NCBI GenBank assembly: GCA_030704615.1
Contig: CM060733.1
Location: 9,424,001-9,488,000, forward strand
Reading direction: 5' to 3'
DNA: 64,000 nt
Source: Takakia lepidozioides
Taxonomy: Eukaryota; Plantae; Bryophyta
The notes beneath the pieces were generated by a model that saw only the letters and a list, made by a program, of their open reading frames with translations, made no database searches and had not been told where the DNA came from. Numbering within the stretch: position 1 is the stretch's first letter; each line of letters opens with the position of its first letter. Positions 13,401 through 26,170 of this stretch are shown here, in pieces. The position numbers and the translations under genes are program-made.

Positions 13401-14480
13401 TGCTTGTACCACCATGAAGTAAATACAGTTTTGGAGGAAGTTCATAAAGAGTGGCTGGAGGTCATTTTGGAGAAGAGACTACCAGTAGGAAGATACTACT
13501 CGCAGGTTACTGGTGGCCTACTTTGTTCAAAGATGTACACGAATATTGTCAGAGTTGTGATGAATGTCAGAGGCTAGGACCTTTGCAGAGATCTGGAAGG
13601 ATGGCCTTGCATCCTACAATGCCTACGGAACCATTTCAGAAATGGGGACTAGACTTTGTTGGACCGATTAACCCACCAACCAAGAATACACGGAACAGGT
13701 ACATAATTACAGCCACTGATTATACTACGAAGTGGGTGGAAGCTAAAGCTTTGAGGGACAACACAGCCAAGTCCACAGCAAGGTTCCTGTATGAGAACAT
13801 ACTTACACGATTTGGCTGTCCCTTAGAATTTATCAGTGATCAGGGAAGTCACTTCATTAATGAGACCATTGAATTATTGACTAAAGAATTCATGATTGTG
13901 CATAGGAAGAGTACAACATATTACCCACAGGATAATGGACAGGCAGAGGCTACCAACAAAATACTATGTACTATCTTGGCTAAGATAGTCAATGCAAACA
14001 GAACGGATTGGGATACAAAGCTGTTGACAGCTTTGTGGTCATACAGGACTTCATATAAAGTCACCACTAAGTATACACCATTCTAATTAGTTTATGGTAT
14101 GGAAGCTTTACTTCCAGTGGAATTCCTGTTACCTACCATGAGAACGGAGTGGGGAAAGAGAATGGAATTGCAAGATTCCATTAAGGTCAGGAAACATGAA
14201 TTATACCATGTGGAAGAAGTACGTGCTGATGCAGCTGATAATATGACTAGAATTCAGATGAAGAGGAAGGAACAGTTAGACGAAAACAAGTTAAAAACTT
14301 TTAAGACAGGAGATTTGGTTCTATGGTTACAGAAGAAGTGAAAAATTAAAGCTTCTAAGCTTAAATCACCATGGAAAGGACCTTATGTCATACAAAAGAT
14401 GTATGATAACAACACCGCCATGTTACAAACCATTAACAAAGAAATGCTAGGAAGAGTCAATGCCAATAAGTTAAAGGGAT
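10449..14480 (+). pseudogene. pol: pol: protease, reverse transcriptase, RNase H, integrase (stops and frameshift)
   Basis: PR VLIDGGSGVN; RT MDGFSGYNQ, MPFGLCNAP, FLDDF; RH HCDASG, NYSTTEREALA; IN GHFG..CQSCDEC, WGLDFVGP, SDQGSHF, PQDNGQAE. Confidence 0.95.
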
Positions 14481-14624
14481 ACAATGGTATCCATGACAAA
14501 CCATTGCAGCATGATTTGCATGTTGAAACGCAAGAGCAGTCACGGGCTGCGCCAGTGTTACCAACGGAGTATGGAGCACTTGTCGCTAGGCCAAGCATAT
14601 ATGACCAGGGCGGGCAAAACAAGC

Positions 14625-14895
14625 GTGACACAGCCTATCACAGACCATCAAGGCGAAACACAGCCTATCACAGTCCATCACGACGTGACAGCCTATCACA
14701 GCCTATCAAGGCAAAACACAGCCTATCACAGTCCATCAAGGCGAAACACAGCCTATCACAGCCCATCACAATGTGACACAGCCTATCACAGCCCAGCACG
14801 GCGCAACACAGCCTATCACAACCTACCACCGCGTGTCACAGCCTATCACAGCGTACCACAGTATGACACAGCTTGTCACAGCTCAACACAGCCTA
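14625..14895 (+). repeat. Internal ~30-bp tandem repeat with core ACAGCCTATCACAG
   Basis: About 8 units between integrase and the extra ORF. Confidence 0.85.
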
Positions 14896-15389
14896 CTAGG
14901 GTTACACGATCCATAGAATCAGTGACAGGTGGACGCCCAATAACTTCAGGAAAATGGCCGACGGAAGAAATGACGGAAACCAGTTTAAAAATAGACACGT
15001 GGAAGTCAGGGCGCGACACACAGCTGAGAAGGAAGTGCAAGATCAGGTGTCATCAAGAAAGAGGACAAAGATGGCCGTCAAAGTACCTACTTAGTGCGTC
15101 AATTCGGATGAATGGCGGGCCCATTAATGAATACGGAAAAAGGGGAACGGAACAAACAACAAGTACAGAAAAGCGAAATTTTTGTCACATGTGTGATCCT
15201 AGTGGACAATCCAGCAAGGAAAGCCCACTAAAGAAGATTAAATTTAAAATCCAGTCACAGCGGTTACGGCCAATCGAAAACCAAAAAAAGGATCAAGAAA
15301 TTAGAGGGAATTTAAGCGCAAGAGTCGGCGTCGTTCTAAGTAACGGGCGTCTCGACGGAACAAACCATCAATGCTATAGCTTTGAAGCT

Positions 15390-18300
15390 ATGGAGGAACT
15401 AACAGACTATACGCTCGCAATATTACTTATGCAGTGGCATAGACACGAAAGAACAGAGCGGAGCTTTTCTCTTGATCGATGCTTGCAAGCCCCGCAGGCT
15501 TACAAGAAATTACCCATAGTTTTTTGTGGCAACCATACGTTTATGCTTTGTGCACTACAGGCATTTCTTCAATTGTTACGGCCAAAACATTTCTGTGGGT
15601 CTAGAATGAAGAGAGTGAGAGGAATGGAGGAAATCAGGGTGAAGAGCACCACAATTCTGCAGAAACAAACAATTGCTACCCCACAGGCGATGCAGATACT
15701 GAAGGAGTTGAGATTGCAAGGATTGCAAAGCAAAGATTGGACATTGCACCATAGACAGTACATGTTACAATTCTTACAGAACTTTGAGCCAAGGACAGGA
15801 GCAACAACGGTGAAGGGAGTTGAATTAGTAATTACTCCCCTATACTTACAGCAATTGTTTCGATTGCCAGCAGGCCAGGTGCATGTGGAGGAGCACAGGG
15901 CAAGACTGCAAATAGGGGACTTATTCCAAGAAGGGAGTTTCTTTAAAACTCAGGGTTATGCTTGTACCAAGGCCGTGTACCCAGGGCTTAAGGAGGTAGG
16001 CCAGGTATTGAACGTTCTGTTTGCCATGAAACAGAACCAACAGTATTTGAGCAGATCCTTCACAGAGGAAATACTCAAAGCCCTGAGAGGAGAAGAGGTA
16101 GAATGGGCGGACATAATGTACAACGCACTGATAGAGGAGATGAAAAGATTACAGGGTACTGCCGCAAAGTCTCCTATCATAGTGTCTGGCCCAATCATTG
16201 CTCAAATAATTCTTGATTCTGGCATCCTTGATGCTCGAGAAAGAAAGGAGATGGGAGTGTTTGAACCAGAAACCACTGCAATGGAAGAGCAAGGCTCTTC
16301 ACACAGTGAGGGTGGAATGATAGGACAACACGAGAATAAGAGACAAAGGCGGGGGAAGACTGTAGTGGCGGATCCACTGGCTTCACGGAATCCGCATGAT
16401 AATGTTTCCCAAGTTTTTGTGCAGGAAGGGGCACAGCAGCACAGAGAACTGCTATTACTAGAAGCGGAACCTTCAGAGAGGGAAGAGGAAGTTACTTCAA
16501 TATCACAGCCATCATAGCCAGATGATCGGCTTGTCACAAGGTTACAAGTTGTCCATGCAGCTCAACCAGAAATAATTGATTTGGAAAAAAAGGGTTAGAT
16601 ATTCCAACTACAGAACAGATAGTGGCAGAAATTGAGAAGGGGGACCTTCTCTATGAATATTCTGGTCTAATCAAGGAGACAGAGATTCCAGAGGTGCAAC
16701 AGTTGCCCAAGGGAAATCCTGAGGTGCATATAATATACACACCTGTGTCGGAGGTACCACAGGTAGAAGGTCATGACACTGCAGCACCGGTGATAGATGA
16801 AGTGGTTCAGGAAGAAAATCTGGTGGGACAATGGCCTGAGTGGTTCTTGAGACATCACACTGTTGAGGATCAGGGGGAACAGCAGCAACCTCACCATGAT
16901 GACCCTCAACAGGCAATGCTGATGAGTTCCATAGGCAGGACACTTAATTTGTTGGGGACTTATGTCAAATCCCATGTTCCAACTACCCAATTGACAGCCT
17001 TGAGAGAGGAACTCAGGAAGGAGTTTGAGGCTCGACCAGCCACTGAGTGTGCAAACAAGGTCGATGAAGAAGTCACTCTCAAGATGCAGCAGGACTTGGA
17101 AAATACAGAAGCGGCTTTGCAATTGGCCAAGGAACAATTGATTGAGGCAGGCCTCGCGCAAGACCAGTTGCACGAAGCACATAAGCAACAACTATACCAA
17201 ATGCAGGTGCAGCATGAAAGCAAGTTGCAAGAAGTGAATGCACTACATACGGAGTTGCAGACAGTGCATGACAGGATGGCGATACAATGTGCTACATTCA
17301 CAACTATGCTTGACCAATCTACAAAAGAAATAAACAGTCAAGTGGAAAAAAATATGAAGGCAGAAGCAGAGAATGTTGAGCAAATGAAACTCATTGTCGA
17401 CATGAAGAATACAATCTGTCGCAATGAGGATACTTTCAAGCAATACAGGCAGATTGAAGCTGATCAAGAGAAGCACATCCTGGAGTTGCAACAAACGATC
17501 ATGGCCAATAGAAATGAAATCACGGTCAATAACAAGGCTTGGAAGGAAGCCAATAATTTACTTGTTGCTTATGCGAATTTGGTTGAACCTCATGCGAAGC
17601 GCATGGAGGCTTTACAACAGCAGTTAGAAGTGTACAAACTAAGAGAGGAGCACACTCTCAGGGGAACCACAAGCAACTTGGTGGATAACAGCCTTATGCA
17701 GGTCTGGTTAGCACAAGGGCCAGTGGAGGGCAAAGCACCACGAAAGCTCACCCAAAGCGAGATGAATGAGCTCAGACTGCAAGTGCAGAACATTGCCACA
17801 ACTACTATAGACAATGTCTATAGTAGGATAGCAGAGTTACAGGAGGATATAGATGGACTGCAGACTCAAGTGGAGGACCTCACTTCAAATATCAACAAAA
17901 GAGCCTATATCCCTCAGGAATAGCTAATGGCTTCTTATTTGAAAGCCAGAACTTTGGTTTTTCAGTCTTCACAGGAGGTGCAGGAGATGCCAATGATACA
18001 AGAGCCAGTACCACCAACACCACAACAAGTCACTGTACCAGTAGCTGAACCTGTTGTTACTACAACCACACCACAGCCACCACAGCCTGAGGTATGGGGC
18101 AATGCTGCTTTTAACCCACCTAAAACTCCAGCTGCAAGGGAGTACAGTAGGGCTATGATTATGCTCTTCAACCAAATTCCCATCATGTTGGATTTGGCTT
18201 GGAAAGAATTTAGTCCTCCGCAGTCATTCGCACATTACTACCAAATCATGCGCATTTGGCTGCCAGTGGCAACTAGGACTAAAGTTCTTCCAAACAATCG

Positions 18301-19156
18301 ACATATTGAGGATCATCACTTTGCACAATACTGGCATGAGGCAAGTACAATGTTGAAGGAATTAATTGCCTTCCAAGTTGTACATGGATTCATTTATACC
18401 AAGACCAAGGAGGTAGCAAGTATTGTCATGGGATGCGGGTTATACTACGCTGCTTGTTTTCTGGTATGTTATCACATTGAGCAGCACAAGATGCAATCGC
18501 GCTTTCTCAGTTATTCCAGTGGGGATCATTGGGTTTTACCTTCAGTGCCACCTCATATGTACCTATATGAGGCAAAAGTTATGATGCAAAAGGATTCTCA
18601 AATTCGTTCATGGTTTCAAGCGGCCTGGAACAATTTGTCAACACAGAAATTCGGCATTGATGATATTTTCTATAAGGGACATGTGGCATGGAAATACTTG
18701 CACGGTGCACAAGTAATTGATACCCCACTCACCTGGACAGACAAGGAGCTCAGTGTCTTCACCAATTTTGTTGTTCAGCGTTTACAGCAAGTTTTAAAAT
18801 ATAAACTTCCAGACATGGTAGGACAACATTATATGCCCCAGAGGATTCCACAAAAAGTTCGACAATTAAAACACCTGAGAAGCGATGAGGATTCTGATAC
18901 AACTGTTTCTTCAGCGGATTCTTTTGACATGGGAGAAGACTATGCAATTCAGATGGCAGAGAAGAAGCGACGGGGGTCTCATATGCCTGAAAGGTTACCT
19001 CGATATCAGCCTCCAGAGGGCCTCACTTATCCGGGTACTGTTCAATCATCTCCGTCAACAAGTGACAGACCTCGGGCTCGTACACACAATCCGCCACGAA
19101 ACTCTCAACGTCAGAAAGGTGCTCACTCACAAAGGGTTGCTAATCGCAATCAGTAA
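15390..19156 (+). CDS. Large extra ORF region 3' of pol (plant-TE accessory domain plus long coiled coil), probably one ~1,200-aa ORF broken by lesions
   Basis: ORFs ending 16517, 16622-17923 and 17927-19156. The last two are in frame, separated by a single TAG. An A-run frameshift lies near 16590. Q/E/K/L-rich heptads at 17000-17900. Confidence 0.65.
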
Positions 19157-19177
19157 ACCGTGAGGACACGGCTTTTT

Positions 19178-19191
19178 GAGAGGGGAAGGGG
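19178..19191 (+). promoter_or_regulatory. Polypurine tract
   Basis: GAGAGGGGAAGGGG, 3 nt before the 3' LTR. Confidence 0.85.
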
Positions 19192-19194
19192 TAA

Positions 19195-20261
19195 TGTTAG
19201 AGGACTATCTGGGCTTAGACACTTATACGGGATCTGTAGGGTACCCTTAATTTTTGCACAGACTGAGACCAACAGGAGCCTTAGGGGTGACAGCAGCGCA
19301 CTTTAGAAGGGGGTTACACAGCCAGTCACAGCCAACACAGCCCGTCACAGCTTCACACAGCCCGACACAGCCCATCACAGCCAACACAGCCCGTCACAGC
19401 CGACACAGCCACACAGCCAGTCACAGCCCGACACAGCCAAACACAGTCGCACAGCCAGTCACAGCCCGTCAAAGCTGACACAGCCACACAGCCAGTCACA
19501 GCCCGTCACAGCCGACACAGCCACACAGCCAGTCACAGCCCGACACAGCCAAACACAGTCGCACAACCAGTCACAGCCCGACACAGCCGGTCACAATCCG
19601 TCACAGTTTCACACAGCCAGTCACAGCTTGACACAGCTGTCACGACCATAGGGAAAGAATAACAGGACAGGGAACGACTGTGGGGAACAACATTCACGGA
19701 CGACGGTTAGTGAGGAAAACGGTTAGAGCCACGGGTAGGAAGATAAAGGGAGAAGCAAGGACGGGGAAGGGGGGATTCTGGGAAGCACTTGGGGGGAGGA
19801 CTTCTGGGTCATGCATGAGAGGAAGATCGGAAGCCAAGATGGAGAGCGCGGTGAAGGAAGAACGAGGATTAGTAGATGCTTGTTATATGCAAAGCGGTAG
19901 TGATATAGTAGAGCAGATTAGAGACACAATGGCTTCGGCCTGATACCTGATAAATCCTAATCGGATACTTATACGATACAATCACACTGTGTAGAGAGAT
20001 CTGAGTGAAGCTGTGGAATGAATGGATGAGTTGATGGAATCCAATAGATTGATAAAGCAAACTGATACTTAATTATCAATGGTAAGGTAGCTAACATGAA
20101 TGCCAAAAGGAAAACAAATAGGAAACACCCCCATGATACACTAGCTGTAGGTCATGACTGATTGTTCTGAGCGGGCTGAGTACTTAGAGATTTCCAACTC
20201 TTCTATCTTGGAGTTTCCGCCTCGGATAACGAAGGGATGGGTGAGTAAAAGCAGTGCGACA
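19195..20261 (+). repeat. Second full LTR (diverged from the 5' LTR)
   Basis: TGTTAGAGGA...GTGCGACA with the CACAGCC minisatellite; not followed by the TSD. Confidence 0.9.
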
Positions 20262-21308
20262 GTGATGGCTTGTTTATGCTCTGATTTCTTTCTACTCCTG
20301 CTTTGGAATGCATGTTGTACAGCGATAACAAGCGTGAGACCTGTGATTCACCTGGGGTTCCACAATCCTTACTAACCTGTCGGTTTTTGTGGGGGCTTGT
20401 GATGGGACCAGGTGAGGGTCCTCACTTAATATGATTTTTTGAGCTTGAAGTTGAATGAAATCGAGCTCCTGATGCGACGCCGCAACTTCTGTATCTTTGG
20501 GGGAGAAGACCTCTTTCTGCCTCTTTGCATTGATCTTTCTGGCCTTTGTTCTTAACCTTCTATGGTGGACAACGATTCATTAGGATATTTCTCTCTTGTT
20601 CCCTGTGGCCTTCTGTTGTGACACCGGAGCAATTATACGACGAGCTGGTTGTTTTAAGATATCAAGTACCAAGCAGCAAAGTGGGGAAGCTCTGTTTTTT
20701 GACCAAACAGTGTCATTTATTGTAAACCTTGGAAAGCCTGGATTCTGTTACGAGCAGGCTGTTTAGGACATTTGGTGCCATGCAAAATTGTAGGGTGGCT
20801 CTTCTTCGACCAGATAATGTCTTTGGTTACAAGCCCCTGGATGCTTGGCTTTTTTAATGGACAATGTCCATGGTGGTAAGCACTTGTTGGCTGTTAAGAA
20901 GTTGATTCAGGCCCTGTGTTCATGTTGCCTTAGGATAAATATGCCGTGGCAGCTTACTAGCCTGTTGGAATGAACAATTCAGACCCCGTGATACTACTCT
21001 ATGATGGTAAACTGATTAGAAAAATATCTGCAATTTTAATATGGTGTTTGTGTTACCAAAACAGACTGGAATTCGTTTTCCAGCGTGCAATGTAGACATT
21101 GGTGGTAATTGTAGCAATCTGAATACTTGCTTGCTATTCAACACCTTGTTAACGCATTTATACACTAGCCCCAGACCTAAACCAGGTCGTGGGACAAAAA
21201 ACAAGGTATCTGGTTATACCCTAGTGTGTAATTTGCTTAGAAAATGTCTGCAGCTCTGATATGGTGAAGGTGTTAAACAAAACAAAGCTGGAACTTCTTT
21301 TCCAGATA

Positions 21309-21702
21309 ATTAGTAGATGCTTGTTATATGCAAAGCTGTAGTGATATTGTAGAGCAGATTAGAGACACAATGGCTTCGGCCTGATACCTGATAAATCATA
21401 ATCTAATACTTATACGATACAATCACACTGTGTAGAGAGATCTGAGTGAAGCTGTGGAATGAATGGATGAGTTGATGGAATCTGATAGATTGATGAAGCA
21501 AACTGATACTTAATTATCAATGGTAAGGTAGCTAACATGAATGTGGAAAGGGAAACAAATAGGAAACACCCCCATGATACACTAGCTGTAGGTCATGACT
21601 GATTGTTCTGAGCGGGCTAAGTACTTAGAGATTTCCAACTCTTCTATCTTGGAGTTTCCGCCTCGGATAGCGAAGGGATGGGTGAGTAAAAGCCGCACGA
21701 CA
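21309..21702 (+). repeat. Third LTR segment (3' 394 bp), followed by the TSD
   Basis: Colinear with 7501-7894 with about 3 differences; followed by CTCCT. Confidence 0.9.
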
Positions 21703-22190
21703 CTCCTCCATTGTGTCCCACAACAATGGCAAAGAAACAACTTGCACCGCCGGTATGAGTCCTCCTGATTCACAATCCGAATCAGAATCTTCCGTAGAAG
21801 ACACAGGAGGTGAAGGTGGCCTAAACCGCACACCTCGTCTCGTGTACCCACTAGTATCGCTAGTGCTCGAACCGGCACTGTCCCCAGCAACTAGTGGCAC
21901 CTCCGTGTTGACACTCAACCGGTCATGAACATGTCCCTAACCCCCTCTCCACAAGGTAACGGGGTAGAGAACCTGTTGCGGCTTATGGTTTGGAATACTA
22001 AGTTCCTAACATAGCCTACACATGTACTTGCATGACCATGGGAATATCATGAAGATACTCCTCAAACTGCCCTCCACGAGCTTCAAAATTCGGCCTTCAA
22101 GACCACATGCCAGTCCTTAGGCAGTCCACCAGTGCCTCCACGAGTCAGCACAGGCCGTCCACAGGTCAACACGGGCCTCTCTCTGAGGCA
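21703..22190 (-). mobile_element. 5' part of DNMT-gypsy copy A: gag N-terminus (21703-~21920) and putative short LTR (~21932-22190)
   Basis: 21703-21865 matches 39770-39935. The minus strand reads TGCCTCAGAG...TTAGGGACA, and hAT coding sequence begins right after 22190. Confidence 0.65.
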
Positions 22191-23933
22191 TTGAGGGCAT
22201 ATGCTTTGGACACGAAATGAGCAAGGCTTGTCAATTTGCAATAAACGATGAGAAGATGTCTCACAACTTGGAGCCCATATTCATCAAAGACACACAATCA
22301 ACAATTTAATCGCGTATTACTTGGCCACAAAATCTGGTATGTTGCAATTACTTTTAATACATATCTGAGTTTTTGAGCAATTTGTAGTATTTATGTTTTC
22401 ATTTATAATCGAGCAGATTATTGGCCGACATCCACATATTAATCACATTGAGTTTGCATTTGTGTCTTAGGTAAAGGGCGACAAGAATGGAACAAAGCAT
22501 GTGAAGATGCTGGTTTGCGCCCTTGAAAATTAAATATGCCATTGAAAACAAGGTTCGCATCCAAAGTGGTAATGTTTAAGCAAGCTTTGCAATATAGACC
22601 AGCAATATTGCTCTGCTAAGTCGGCAAACGGTTGCCCTTCAAGGCCGAGATCCATCCGCACAAACTTTGGCCGTCGCAGGACTTGGCTCATATAGGGAGT
22701 TTGGTGGGTCGTGTAATTCAAATTGCTCAGACCTACGACTCGCATATGCTTTTACCGCTACTAACGTCGATATTAAAATTGAAAAAAAAAAAAAAAAAAA
22801 AAAAAACAGTCCATTGGTGGATCCGGATCTAAATGTGATAATTGAACATAATGACCAAGGTGTTTTTGAATATGCCCATGCGGTATTTGGAGCTGGAATT
22901 TTAGAGGATGACACCACCCATGAAAATGTAAGAGCTGGTTATTTTTGAATTTATGCATCTTGTAGTTTGAATGATGGATTTTTTATATGTGCATTGTTGA
23001 TTGATTGAGTTGTAATTGTCTTTAGGCTTCGTAGATGGTTCAAAAACAATTTAGTTCATGGGCAAGGTCCTCATTTACTAATGTTGTCGTCATTTGCTAT
23101 TGGTTGAGGTGTCATTATGATGACTGATATGTAGTTATGTATGATGTCCCCCCCCACCCCTGATACGCCGCGAGTTATCTTGTTCCGTTACATAATAGTG
23201 CCACCCAAATCTGCCGAGAAGCCACTCGAATGGTGTTAGGTACATGAAAGCAAACTCCCTATGGTCGCATTTTTAGCACGACATAGCCTTGGCATTCCTG
23301 GAAATCAGATTGAGACCGAACAAGTGTTCTCTATTGCTGGTCTCCTCACTGGCCTTCGGCGATGTCGTCTTGGATCACGCAATCTCGACTTGTTTGTTTT
23401 TCTTGTGAAAAACTGGCTGGATGACCCACGTGTTGGCTGTGAAGCTTTTGTATGCAATAATTTGGATGACTTTGGTGAGGCGGAAATAGACTTACTAGAT
23501 GAATTACAAGAGGAATTTCAGATGGATTGTGATGAAATGGTGGAACAAAATCTGGATGATTTTGAAATGTAGATGAAAATTTTATTCTTCATTTCATTTT
23601 ATCTTTCAATTTTATGTGAGTTAATTAAACATGCTCATAGCCTCAACATACCCTACCCTTATTTTATCTTATTATACCCGACGGATAAGGGTAGGGTATA
23701 TTTTATTACCTGGACCCTTAATTTACCCTGGCCCTGAGGGTATGTTATATGAATACCCGGATATACCCTGATCCGACTCATTATTCATATCTTATTTTAC
23801 CATGACCCGACCCGGATTGTATGTGCACACAAATTTGAAACCCGGACCCGGAGGGTCCATTTTTTTATTTTATTCAAACGGGTTAACCCAAACCTTGAGG
23901 GTATATTGAAATCAATATACCCGCCCAACACTG
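22191..23933 (+). mobile_element. hAT transposon 3' part (degenerate transposase, dimerization domain, right end)
   Basis: EGICFGHEMSKACQFAINDEK (22191-22255); GKGRQEWNKAC..KTRFASKVVMF (~22470); LARHSLGIPGNQIETEQVFSIAG..RRCRLG..KNW (23261-23572). ACCCG/TACCC-rich subterminal region ending GCCCAACACTG (TIR CAGTGTTGGGC). Confidence 0.8.
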
Positions 23934-26170
23934 GTGTCCACTCCTCAAGTCTATTTCTGAAAACATTTGTGCACCACGCAAGTAATTAAATAGACCATCA
24001 ATTCTAAGAAGTGGATATTTGTTCTTTACAATTAGCTTATTAAGCCATCTGTAATCAACACACAACCTTTATAAAGTTCCATATTTTTTTTCCTTAAACA
24101 ACACAGGTGCTCTCCATGGAGATTTGCTCGATCTAATATAGTCTTTATCCACTAGATCATTTAGTTGTCTCTCCAATTCTTCATTCTCTAAGAGAGACAT
24201 TCTCTAAGAGAGAATGTCGTCGGTAAGGGATTCTGGAGATAGGAACAGCTGCAGGGCCATGTCAATTGCATGATCTACATCCCTTCTTGGAGGTAATCTA
24301 GGAAGGTCATCTGGAAATATATCAGAGAATTCTCTCAACACTGCGTTAATGTTTCCATCCTCAGACGATATAGCAATAACAATACCACATTCTTGACTTT
24401 CATGTACACTCACATAAAATAGTTCGTCTCTCTTCCGAGCACACATTTTCATCTGAGTTCCAGAAAGGAAGGGCACGTCTAATGACTGACCGTTTGGTAA
24501 GACTCCTGTGACAGTACGGCATGCAACTTGAGCATCCACTTAGCCACTGCATATCAATAATGGCGTTGTATCTTGAGCCATCCCAAATTTCAAAATCAAC
24601 CTTTGTCCTCATCCCTTGCATCTCAAAGTTATGACTCATAGTATCTTACTGTTTGGAAATCTACTACTTCCATCAGGAAGCAAGATAGTGCTCGGTTCTG
24701 CCATCACTACTTATAAGATCTTGTCTTTGTCTGCTAGCCTCTAAGATAGAAAGTTATGAGAACTTATACAAAGTTGTGAGAACTTCCAGGATCGATAAGA
24801 ATGGACGTCGTAGGCTCACTTTCCATCCACACAACCTTCAAGCCTGGTGACATTGGGATTGAAATATTTAATCCTGTCATTCATCACTGCAGCTGATATT
24901 CTCAATTGCTTTACACGTTCGTCAACATCCATCTTTCGATCTTCCACCTCCTGGACCATATTGCCGCAGATTGAACTTGACCTATTCTCGTAGGACAATG
25001 AAAAGATCTATGTCATCTCTCATGGCAAATAAAAAAAGCCCAGAGGTTTTTGAGTCTTTTGTTCCTTGTCTGTCAGACGTTTGGTCATTGATTGAGGTCG
25101 AGGCTTCTAAAGGGTACAATTGGTCTCGTGAACTTCTCCTTAAACTCTTCTAATTATTTTTCTTGCTTGCGACAAAAGATAACTTATTTGGCATGTACTC
25201 CAATTCTCCAAGCGCACTTGCAGCAAAGTGTGTTTTCCTTTGCCTTACCTATCATTTGTAAGGATGTTGTCCAAATCTTATCAGCGTCAGTATAATCATC
25301 GCTGAAATTTTTTTCAAGTGTCTCAAGGAAGGAAATGATCTTTGTACAAGGTGTAACTAAACGAGGGCAGCAAATGCGTGAGCAAAATCCGTGAGCAGAT
25401 TCCCCCAAGCGTGAGCAGATTACTGATGCGGACCCTAAAACCGAGGGAACAAGTGGGCCTATTGCCGTGGACGCAATCTCCACTGCAATGACGCAATCTC
25501 CTCTCCATCGGACCGAAGACAGACAGGCTCCATGACGATAATGTGTCACGAATGTGCGATGAAAAATTTACGGATGAATGTTGTCAAGTTATTTTACCAC
25601 TAGTGTGAAACTAGCTAGGAAATACCTAGCTTTTACATATTGACATTTGGGATTGGCCCAAGTGTCAATCCAGGGGTCAAGACAGATTTAGGCCCTGGAG
25701 TGGTTATCTTCACGGCAAGCGCGGGAGGCTCATCTTTCTCGAGTTGAGCCTCACCGCGCCTAGCTATGGCGCCGTAGTGTGGATTCTCCATGGCGTGGGG
25801 TGCACTTGGCTTGACTTGTATTTGAGTGATGAGGTTATATATGCATGAGTTTATGCTTCAGCTTTGTGAGCTCGCATGAGCTTGTGCTTGTATTCTTCTT
25901 CGTTATCACTCGAGAAAGATGAGCCCGTATCTGTAAGTGCCAGATACGAGTTAGTTGTAGCACTTGTGGTTTTTGCTTGAGAATGAGAGAAACCAAGTTG
26001 TTATGCAAGGAGCACCGTGGAGCTCTTGGTTGTTAGAAGCGGAGGCGATGTGGGTTACGAGGTAGACCTTGGCATTCGATCTTCAGCTTCAGAGATGAAA
26101 GCACCATGCTGCAGGTAATTCCAGAGCACCTTGATGGTTTCAGATTGTGTGCATGCATGAGCAAGCACCA
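23934..26170 (-). mobile_element. Degenerate chromovirus-type Ty3/gypsy remnant (LTR part, gag, protease, start of RT)
   Basis: [36 protein letters not shown]; EFSDIFPDDLPRLPPRRDVDHAID; protease LIDPGSSH near 24790. Putative LTR end ...TTCGTGACA at 25546. Confidence 0.75.

Larger units (their letters stand above)
6821..21702 (+). mobile_element. Non-chromovirus Ty3/gypsy LTR retrotransposon insertion (Athila/Phygy-like, no archaeal RNase H seen) with 5-bp TSD CTCCT
   Basis: TG...CA LTRs, PBS, PPT and PR-RT-RH-IN order. CTCCT at 6816-6820 and 21703-21707. Removing the insert restores the gag sequence seen uninterrupted at 39920-39950. Confidence 0.92.

Noticed and set aside
19195-20261. LTR2 as the true partner of LTR1 for dating the insertion
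   Set aside because: It lacks the TSD and is more diverged from LTR1 than the TSD-bearing LTR3 segment is.
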